A stretch of DNA of 64,000 bases from Zancudomyces culisetae HAW-14-8 (Eukaryota; Fungi; Kickxellomycota), in assembly GCA_052426225.1 (NCBI GenBank), contig JBNJNM010000014.1:62001-126000 (forward strand), written 5' to 3'. The notes beneath the pieces are model-generated. The model ran no database searches and was not told the DNA's origin. It worked only from the letters and a program-made list of their open reading frames with translations. A program made the translations under genes and the position numbers. Shown one piece after another: positions 23,195-32,674 of the stretch. Numbering within the stretch: the first letter of the stretch is position 1; every line of letters begins with the position of its first letter.

Positions 23195-24676
23195 ATGAGA
23201 CCAAACGCATATGCAGCATTATTTCCGTTGGTTTTGGCTAACTTCATTTTACCAATAGTAGGAGCACCCACTTCAATTGACACTGGGAGTTTTCACTGTT
23301 CTGGGTTTATCAGTAAAATTGACATTGTACAAGGGTCTGGAAATAGTCCAGTTATCAGCTATGGTTGGGATAGAGCTATTGATATTTCTTGCCCATCACA
23401 AGATTACATTGTTTCATTTGATGCTGATCAAACTTCTGATATATATTTTGCAATCAGTGCGGAAAAAGCTTTGAGTACTAGTAGAGGTGTGATTGAAGGT
23501 GTATTTGGTGTAAACAATGGATCATGGTATATTGGGACTTCAAAATATACATTGCTGATGGGCATCAATTCAGGAGCAGCAAATACACAAAAATTATATG
23601 TTCAGGTTAATAGCTCAGGTATCAGCATTGGATTTGTAGGAAACAATACACCAATCTTGACATTGCCAACACGTGATTACAGTGTCAGCACATTTATAAA
23701 CTCATCAAGTACATGGCTTGCGTTTGGAGCCGAGAAGGATTCAACAAAGATCCAAAACATTGAATATAAATGTAATGATTCTAACTGTAAACATTCATCT
23801 TCTACTACATCAGCCAAACCAACCACATCACTTTGCCCAACCACATCAACTAAACCAACTAAACCAACTAAACCAACTAAACCAACTAAACCAACTAAAT
23901 CAACTACTTCAACCACTTCAACCACCTCAACCACTTCAATCAAGCCAACTACTTCAACTACTTCAACTACTTCAACCACCTCAACCACTTCAATCAAGCC
24001 AACTACTTCAACTACTTCAATCAAGCCAACTACTTCAACCACCTCAATCAAGCCAACCACCTCAACTACTTCAATCAAGCCAACCACCTCAACCACCTCA
24101 ATCAAGCCAACCACCTCAACTACTTCAACAAAACCAACCACTTCAACCACCTCAACTACTTCAACCACTTCAACCAAACCAACAACTTCAACCTCTTCAA
24201 TCTGTGACTCCACTTCTGTGGGTCCTGACATTTGTTTATACTCCACTAACAAGAACAAAGATTATGACTTCAAGCAAGCCCTTACTATTCCGTGTGATAC
24301 AAACGACTTTGAGTTCACTGCTAGTGTCTCAGCCACCTCTGACTTCTTTGTTGCTCTCATGGACAGCAGCGGGTATTATAGCTCTAACGGTGTATTAGAA
24401 GCACAATTTGGTTTGTCATCTGGTACCAGTTCCATCAGAAAAGGTAAATACGCCTTAGTCAAGCGCAACAGCGTTCATACAAGAGCCAATTTACAAGACA
24501 TCAAGATTGTTAGCAAAAATTCTCAACTCCAAATCTTCATCAACAGTTTGCTCAAAGTTACACATAGCTTATCTACCTTTAACATGACATCATTGGCTAT
24601 GGCGCCATTCAAAGGCACAGCTTCTGTTTTCAAACCCACTTTCTTTTGCGAGAGAAATTCCCACTGCAAATACTAA
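23195..24676 (+). CDS. Secreted protein with two homologous beta-rich domains separated by a Ser/Thr/Pro mucin-like linker, 493 aa
   Basis: Signal peptide [24 protein letters not shown]. Internal homology: AIDISCPSQDY...TSDIYFAI...GVIEGVFG...KYTL vs [11 protein letters not shown]...TSDFFVAL...GVLEAQFG...KYAL. TKP/TTS/IKP repeats between them. Confidence 0.88.
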   Translation: MRPNAYAALFPLVLANFILPIVGAPTSIDTGSFHCSGFISKIDIVQGSGNSPVISYGWDRAIDISCPSQDYIVSFDADQTSDIYFAISAEKALSTSRGVIEGVFGVNNGSWYIGTSKYTLLMGINSGAANTQKLYVQVNSSGISIGFVGNNTPILTLPTRDYSVSTFINSSSTWLAFGAEKDSTKIQNIEYKCNDSNCKHSSSTTSAKPTTSLCPTTSTKPTKPTKPTKPTKPTKSTTSTTSTTSTTSIKPTTSTTSTTSTTSTTSIKPTTSTTSIKPTTSTTSIKPTTSTTSIKPTTSTTSIKPTTSTTSTKPTTSTTSTTSTTSTKPTTSTSSICDSTSVGPDICLYSTNKNKDYDFKQALTIPCDTNDFEFTASVSATSDFFVALMDSSGYYSSNGVLEAQFGLSSGTSSIRKGKYALVKRNSVHTRANLQDIKIVSKNSQLQIFINSLLKVTHSLSTFNMTSLAMAPFKGTASVFKPTFFCERNSHCKY

Positions 24677-26291
24677 AATATATTTTTAAATCTTTTTATT
24701 ATTTGGTTAGCTTTTAAAAAGGGAATAATAATAAATTTTAGTAAACAAATCAATTAACTTTCTAATAAAGCATATTTGTTTAGTGGTATTTAAAGAAATA
24801 CACCAATCTTTAGAGCAACAAATAATTCATGGTTATGAGAAATGCCGAAATATAGCTGTCAGTGGTATACTACAGTAACGATGCATTCAGCATTTCAAAT
24901 CCAAATCTCAAAACCATTAAAATAAATGAGACTTCATGAGATGGACAATTGAATCTATCTCTTAAATAAGTGTCACAAAATCTGATACTCTACCAGGAAA
25001 AAAGAAATTGCCAAACATTTTATGTTTAGTCAAGCTGCGAACAATGAGATTGTTAGATAGAGTCTGTCAGGCGAGGGTTATTATCTGTATCAATCTTGAG
25101 TATAAAGTATCACTGAAACAACGCCCGGTGGGTAAGGAGTTGCTAGAGAGACAGAGGAGAATTGGTTAGGTTGATATTACATAGAATTGTTTTGTTGTAA
25201 TTTTATTGGGTGCTTATTTATTGGGTCTTATGAACAAAAAAAACACCAAGAAATAATAATTGGGCAAAGTTTACTAGATTGCAGTGGATATGTCAAAAAT
25301 GGCAAAAATGTAATTTCGGGGTTTATAAATCTAAATAGCTTTTTCTTTTAACTAAAACGATTTTCGAACATGGTGAGTTTCGCAGAAAAATCATGGGTAA
25401 ACTCCTGGAGGCAAGAGTTAAACCTTAAACTTTCTGGAATTATTCGGGATACAAACGCCACTTGTGCTAGAGCGGTAGTTTCCACATGCAGGTTTCTCAA
25501 CAAAGCCTTTTTCACTTTGTTACCTAGCTATGAAAGGCAGTAAGTGCAGCCCCACTCCACCTGAACCAATATTTTTCAGGTACCGGGTATCCCAGGGAGT
25601 CGGAATGAAGGTGAGACAAACTTGGTTTAAATGATTGTTTTTTTTACAAACTTTTTGGTATCTAGACAAATATTGCTTGATCAGAAAAGCAATATTTTGT
25701 AAATATACAATAAAATATATAATTGCATTGTGGTTTACAAGCCCCGAAACTCGTATGTAAGCGAATTTACAGTAGCTGCATTGTACTTGTAGTGCTAGAT
25801 CAATTTTTTTCTTTAAATAATGACAATATTTGTTCTCAGTTTTATTCTTTTTTCTGGAATGCTTGTTATCACTTTATTTTACTCATTAACTTTTACAATA
25901 TTCTCACCTTCTACACGAGTTATGCCTCAATTGTGATTTGTCAAATATGTATGTATTCTGCCCCTAGTACGAACAGGTATTTTACAGTTATGTTTAGAAA
26001 TATTAAAAACGATGGCTAGTCGTTATTCAGAAAAATCAAAACGTTCTACATTTTATTACCGCAATAACTCGCCAAGATGGTATTGTAGATTATAAAAAAT
26101 CCCAACCTGAAATCATTCAAACTCAACCCCTTTACAACAACAGTTTAATCCAAATAGAAATAGCTGTAACCATACTTTGTATCTTGATATTCTACAATGC
26201 AGAAAAAAAACTATATAAGAGCTATGATTTTCTTTCACAGTTTATCATACACATCTAACCCTCGCATTAAAAACTACTCGAAAAAACCAAA

Positions 26292-26771
26292 ACTGAACTA
26301 TTAACCCCTTCCCTAGCTGTATTAACACTTTGAGCTGGAACCACCATTGCAAGCCGTAGCGGTGGCCATGAAGACCGCCACGGAGACGGTTGCAAAGGAT
26401 ATAAATACTGAAAAAACGAAAGCTGGTATGATTATTCAGCCGCGTACACAGTGGCAGTATCAGTTGCAGTTTGTGTCGTCAGAGCTGTTGGCACTACTTA
26501 TGAAGTCGGAGCTGGAGCCGTTGCAACAGAATATGCTAGTGGAGCTGTTGGTACTGCATACAAAGCTAGGACCATTGGTAGAGTAGGGGTTGTTGGTGTA
26601 GAAACATATCCACCATACTATTTATCGTTCAATGACTTCTACTTTGATAGATTTGGTAGAAGACACCGAGTATAGCACAAAGGAGAACATCACAAAGATG
26701 ATGGAAGCGGTGGAAGTTGTGGAAGCGGAGGAAGTTATGGTGGTAGCATTTACCTTATCAATGTTGTTTAA
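26292..26771 (+). pseudogene. Pseudogene of a secreted Gly/Ala/Tyr/His-rich protein
   Basis: One frame reads ELLTPSLAVLTL*AGTTIASRSGGHEDRHGDGCKGYKY*KNESWYDY...GAGAVATEYASGAVGTAY...RRHRV*HKGEHHKDDGSGGSCGSGGSYGG. It has a signal-like start without ATG, three in-frame stops and TATATAAG at 26212. Confidence 0.65.
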
Positions 26772-29051
26772 ACTACAATTAATGGTTTTTGCTTTTTTCC
26801 AATCATACGATTGCTTTTTCTTCAAATGTACGAATAAATTCGCACTAATATTAAATATAAGCACTACGAGTTAAAGTGTTATGTATAGGTATTTCGTTTA
26901 GTTGGTTTTTCTACAGCATTTTGTCAACTGTTATAAACTGCACTTCCATCTAAAAAAAATATAGTATTTTTTTTGCTCTGGCCGTTTTAAATGTATTAAT
27001 CTTGAATGTGGTGAGCAAAGTATACAATTTACTGTTCAAAACTATCAACCCGTATCTGTATTACGTAACGAGTAGCCATTACTATCAAATAGCGAGAGTA
27101 AGATATGAGAGTATTATTGATGTGAAAATGTCTATAGACGTATTTGATATTAGTTATTAATCCACTTTTTTCAACCTGTTCCTAAAATAGTTGACTGAAT
27201 CCGTTAATCCATTAATTCAGATATTCATATATATGAGTTGAGTCGTAATAAACATAATTTTGAATAAGGCAAATACTACAATTTTTGTGTAGTTGTCATA
27301 TCTTTTGCATAATGGGTGTGGTGCAGGTTGTTGTAAACTATCTCAATTGTATAGGTGTGATTCTTGTGTATGCTTTATTTTATGAACCTAAAAAAGTATG
27401 TTTATATTGATGTTCTCACGAGCTGATTTATATATTTAAACGTTTCTATCGAGCAGGTGCACTTGACCTCGAAAAAGTTAGATGAATTAACTAAATACAG
27501 AAACCTGGAAAAGTTAGTAGCAGAAAATCTCGATAGTTCAGTTCGAACAGCTACGCATCAATCTCAAAATAACCATATTGGCGTCAAATCAAGAGTATAC
27601 TGTTGTGTGTTGGAGTATAGATACTAGTACTGTTTTTACTTGGTCAAGTTAACTATTTACTGATCAATGTTGCCCAAGTAAATATTTTGGATACTAAAAT
27701 ATGTTTAGCTGGGTAAAGTTAAAACAGTATTGTTATGCAAACACTCAAATACAATTATGTCGTATCTAATTACTGTTCAACCTAGTTCAAAAAATGAAAA
27801 AAAAAACAACAGAAAACATGAGACATCGGTTTGTATACAGTTTTTGAATCTGTCTATCTAGTTTTACCAACCTAGTATTGCCATAGTAAGATGGTTAAAA
27901 AAACGAGTAATCAGTTAAAAATGTTATTAGAAACATAAAGTATTACTCAAATAATTGTATCTGGGTAGGCGAAATTATTGTTAATATTTAATATTGAAAT
28001 AAAAATAAAACTTTCATTAATACTTAAGTTTGCTTGATGCATCCAAACAACTGATACATTCAAAGCTCTTTTATACAGGGTATTGACATCAACATTTCTA
28101 ACATTGTAAAACGAGATCGTGTGATTGTAATTATTGTACGCATTGTCGATCTGGTTAGAATTTTGGACACAAAATTCTATCTTGTATACGGTTTCTCGCA
28201 CAGATCAAGTTAAATCCAAAATCCTTATTTTTTTGTTGCCTGTATTAATCTGGAATTGGAACTTGAATATCAAATATTCTACATGTAAACTCGGTTAGTC
28301 GTAATTAATAAATTGAAACTATTAAATAGTCGGTGATAGGTTCATACAGTGATGCGAGCCCATCAAAACTTATGTTATTTGTATCTGCCTACAAATTTAA
28401 CAAATCAAGTAAAAACCAATAACACCCTTAACACCAACATAGTAATTTACCCTGATTCTCCACCCCACCCCACCCCTTCAAAATGCTCAAAGAATAACTT
28501 CTTGTCTTTGCTAAATCCATCTACTGTGCTTCTTCTAACCATTATCTCTTATCAAGGAGTGGCACCTCAGAAGCTGGGTATCTATGAGTACCAGCTCAAC
28601 AGCGGTCAACTACTTACCCGTATGGTCAAGACTCGATACTAATTCTCATCTAATTTTGACCTGTTTATTAAAGATGTGAGCACAAGTATTCTTGCTGGAT
28701 GTGTTTACTCCTTGTGTGGATAAATTCGGTCCATCCAAGGCTTAACCATCAAACCTTGTTTCTATGATATTTACACTAACTGTGGAACTGAATCTATCAC
28801 AGGTCTATTCTAAATATTATCTAAAAAGTATCAGCTCAAACAGTTTTTTCTAGCTATTTAATATTGAATAGATAGTATATTCGCTTTGCTTTACTTTGTG
28901 CTTTTATTAAATATATTGTGGTCACAATTGGTTGTTAAAATGATTTTATTATAAAATTGCCTCTTCATCTTTTTTAAAAGAATGAAAGTTGAAATAAAAA
29001 TCTATGCAGTTAATGTGCTATTTAATAGGATGAAAATCTAAAACCTAGAAA

Positions 29052-29606
29052 TTAGGTTCTCTTAACCTTGAGCCAAGCGTATGAAACTGCATTTCCTCCA
29101 AGAACATCAGCTACATTGGCGATGGTTTTGGACGATGATCTACGAACCACTTGGCATTTTCCAGTACAATCCTTTGCTGCACAGACCACAATAACACCCT
29201 TTCCTGGCTTGGTCAATCCACTCTTCTTTCCGAGCTTGATTGATGCAAATTCATCGGTGTTGTAGCACTTTCCGCGTCTGACGCTGCGCTTGCTGATTTT
29301 TTGACCAAAGTTGGCAGTCTTGTACAATCTAACACTTGTTCTCTTGGCCTTGCGTCCACCACTGACACGACCACCCATATCATTGAATTCACAACCAGAC
29401 ATATCGTTATTGTACTCATAATCAGCTAGGTAGTTGTCGTATTCAGAATCAGCTAGGTCGTTGTTGTATTCGGAATCGGCAAGATCGTTGTTGTATTCGG
29501 AATCTGCAAGACCATTGTTGTATTCCTTTTGAGTACTGTTGAGGTTCAATGCACTGGTCAAGGCTGAACCGAAAAGCAAGGCGCTGACTAAAGTTGGCTT
29601 GAACAT
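29052..29606 (-). CDS. Secreted prepro-protein: acidic 9-aa repeats, RKAKR site, cationic 4-Cys domain, 184 aa
   Basis: Signal MFKPTLVSALLFGSALTSA; LADSEYNND repeats; basic processing site; mature domain homologous to the 12778..13233 product; TATATAAG on the minus strand at 29731..29738. Confidence 0.9.
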   Translation of the reverse strand: MFKPTLVSALLFGSALTSALNLNSTQKEYNNGLADSEYNNDLADSEYNNDLADSEYDNYLADYEYNNDMSGCEFNDMGGRVSGGRKAKRTSVRLYKTANFGQKISKRSVRRGKCYNTDEFASIKLGKKSGLTKPGKGVIVVCAAKDCTGKCQVVRRSSSKTIANVADVLGGNAVSYAWLKVKRT

Positions 29607-31201
29607 TTTGACTATTTGTGGTTTCTGTTGGTTTCTGTTGGTTTGGTTTGTTTTGTTTTTGATCTATTTGCTTTATTTCCTGTCGAAATGATGTTGTGTT
29701 TTATTTAAATTATGTGGGAAAAACCCTACTCTTATATACTTTTGAGGGAGTTGAGCTAGTTATACTATTCACATTGTTAATACACTAATACACAAGATAA
29801 TGTGAATACCACTCAATAGCCTGTATAAGCTGTAATATGCTCGCAAATTATTTGTTGAACAGGCTCTTGTATATCAGTATTGTGATCTAGAATAGTATCA
29901 ATAACACATAGGTATCTTGGAATACACCTATTTCTTGCAATTATATTGTATTCTCAAATATATTCATAAATCTAGCTTATTTGAATAAACCCGCCTTTAA
30001 ATTCTAGCAATTGTACATCTTTGTTGCTATGTGGGCAATTAAAAGTCACACTACTCTAGACTTGGCTCTTATTTGAAGCTGGTTTAGTTGAATAGATCGG
30101 CGCTTATCAGTTTTGTTTCTTGGAGAGACATCAGCTGAATTATCACTGGTAGTAAATAAAAAATAAAAAATAGAGAAACAATAACAGTATTTATAGTGTA
30201 AGTAGTGGTTGTAGAAGATAATAATTGTAATTCCATTTGCCAGAGTTGTATATTCATTTTCTTGTAACTATTATATTGGAACAGCGAATTTGTAGATCAA
30301 GGAATATATTAATTTTGAAATCGACAACAGTCTCGCCAATTAATGCTATTTTTTTAAAAAAAAAGCTACTGGTTTATAATACGATCAACTAAAAGAACCA
30401 AGAACACTTTTGATAATGAGAGGGATCTAGTATTTTGGTGATCAAATTCGTTAAACTTGATTGCTGCCTTAGTTTCAAAAGTTTGGGTATATCGTTGAAA
30501 CTTAATAACTATTTTAAGGAAAAAAAAGTCAAAATGGAGATTAGAGTAGGTCGAGATTTGGGCACGTTTCTAAAATACAGCTGATAAGTATGGAGTCCTT
30601 AGGTATACAGAGTGAAGTTGGTTAGATAGGTATTATTTTCACTTTTACTGCTATTTAGTTGAAAAGGGTACATTATGAAATAGCATCATTTTCATACTAA
30701 ATTTACGTGTAGCCTTGAGTTAAACATTGAAATTGGTCAGGGGGAGTGTATAATTATTTAAAATCTTCATATAGCTTTTCTCAAAATGACTTTGGTAATG
30801 AGTGTATCTAGCTAGTTTCGTCTTGACGTTGCAATGTATTTTTATTCAATGGGTAAAAAAAAGTGTTTATATTGCGTCTTCAGTGGTTTTATCTCGGTAA
30901 ATTTATGATCACATTAAGCGTAATTTCCCGGTTTATATATTTACATACCAATGCTTGAACTTTTATAATATCTTCATAAACACATATTAGGTTAAAGCGT
31001 ATGTTCAGAACAATGGCAAGTGAAATGAGTCGATTTTTGAATATCAAGGTGGTACCTGTGGTGACACGCTGTCTTGTTTAGGGTATACTTTTGTATCTAG
31101 TCTGCAAGTGCTGGTATATAAGTCAAATTATATGCATCAAAGTTATCCCATGAGGTCTAAGAAATTGATGTTATTTTCTGTATATTTACCCACTTTTCTG
31201 C

Positions 31202-31245
31202 TTTTCCGGTTAATAATTTTCCGGTTAATATTTTTCCGGTTAATA
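31202..31245 (+). repeat. 15-bp tandem motif TTTTCCGGTTAATAW x3 upstream of MGM101
   Basis: Three near-perfect copies plus two degenerate TTTCGGT copies to ~31275, about 200 bp before the ATG. Confidence 0.8.
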
Positions 31246-31403
31246 TTTTATTTCGGTCAATATTATATTTCGGTTTTGGTTATTGTAAAAAGTTCAGCCA
31301 AGAAAATATAAAAAAAATTGATTATGAAATCTCTTGCAAATAAATAATAACTGTATATATAACAATCACAACCCATTTTGTGGAAATACTGAAAAAGAAA
31401 AGA

Positions 31404-32674
31404 ATGTTTGGACCAGTTAGAGTAAGTTTGGGATATAATAAAGATTTATCGTTGCAAATTCTTAGTGCTTGTGTATAATATAGTTTAGTGTGGCGAAAAG
31501 CGGAGCAAGGTTTGCTAATTTAAATTTCGGAGCCGTAGCCAAGATTCCAGCAGGTGTCTCCAGGCTAGCGTATTCTACAGGTACCTCTACAACCTCATCA
31601 AGTTCTACTGTGGTAAAAGCTCAGGATAAGACAAAATCTGCCAAAACTGGTAAGTAAATACCACAACTTTACTTTTTCCTGATTTGTAAAAGGATTCCAA
31701 AGTTGGAATGGTTAAATTTTAACCATTTACAATGTGTTTCCTTTTCTTTAAACAAAAAAGGTTGGAAGACTAGTAGAAACAAACACCTGATGTTACCACC
31801 ACACTCTCTTACATACACGAATAAAATATAGACAAGGTAGAAAATGTAGAAAAGGGCGAATTCAATTTTAAGCCTTCAGAAGTAAGCTCATTGAAAAACT
31901 CTGCTGGAACTACGGTCAAGGAAGACTGGTCAGAGGACTACCATGGTGTGTCTACACAGTCCTTTGACCAAAGAGTCATTGATATACTGATGGCACCGTT
32001 AGAGAACCAAGATGTTGAAATCAAACCAGGTATGTGTGTTTTTATTTATTTACAATATATGGTTTATTTTTAGTCAAACAATTTACTCTTGTCTGATTGC
32101 TAATTCAAACTCGCTTCACCTCACCTCACTTCTCACACTTTATCCCTCTGTTGAAAATAATACATTTATAGATGGTCTATTGTACTTGCCAGAAATAAAA
32201 TACAGAAGGGTTTTGAACAGAGCATTTGGACCAGGAGGTAAGAAACAAAAGAAATAATTAAAATCTGCATATTGACAAGTATTTAAACGACTGAAACGAG
32301 AAGATGTCTTTGATTTTTTTTTTGTAGGATGGGGATTGATTCCACGCGGACCATACTCAACAAACGACAGGGTCTTATCGCGCGAGTACGCGTTGTTGTG
32401 CCACGGCCGGTTTATTTCACAGGCGCGTGGAGAGCAGGATTATTTTGAGGAGTCGGGGATTCCTACAGCTACTGAGGGGGTTAAATCTAATGCACTGATG
32501 CGGTGCTGCAAGGATTTGGGCATTGCATCGGAGTTGTGGGATCCAGGATTTATCCAAAAGTTTAAGAGTGAGCATTGTGTTGCGGAGTGGGTTACCCATG
32601 TAACCAAGGGCCAAAAGAAGTTGGTTTGGAGAAGAAAGGATCGTAGTTTTGAGTATCCATGGGTAAAGAAATAG
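31404..32674 (+). CDS. MGM101: Mitochondrial genome maintenance protein Mgm101; join(31404..31421,31484..31649,31832..32029,32172..32237,32328..32674)
   Basis: Spliced product contains DWSEDYHG...[36 protein letters not shown]...[29 protein letters not shown]. It has an Arg/Ser/Ala-rich presequence and four in-frame GT-AG introns. Confidence 0.95.

Larger units (their letters stand above)
13042..30627 (+). repeat. Arm A of a large inverted duplication (outer limit unknown, at or left of 13042)
   Basis: Reverse complement of 46404..64000. Paired ORFs sum to ~77.04 kb (17215+59831, 23195+53851, 13233+63809). Identity stops after GTTGGTTAGAT at 30627. Confidence 0.97.

Noticed and set aside
23677-24398. 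VEVV-rich antisense ORF and QPLQ-rich alternative-frame ORF
   Set aside because: By-products of the stop-free Thr/Ser/Pro repeat.
28483-28813. Possible further secreted-gene relic (MLKE*LLVFA..., KLGIYEYQ...GCVYSLCG*) and the 97-aa ORF 28349..28642
   Set aside because: Needs a frameshift and several stops, and resemblance to the 4-Cys family is too weak to call without a search.
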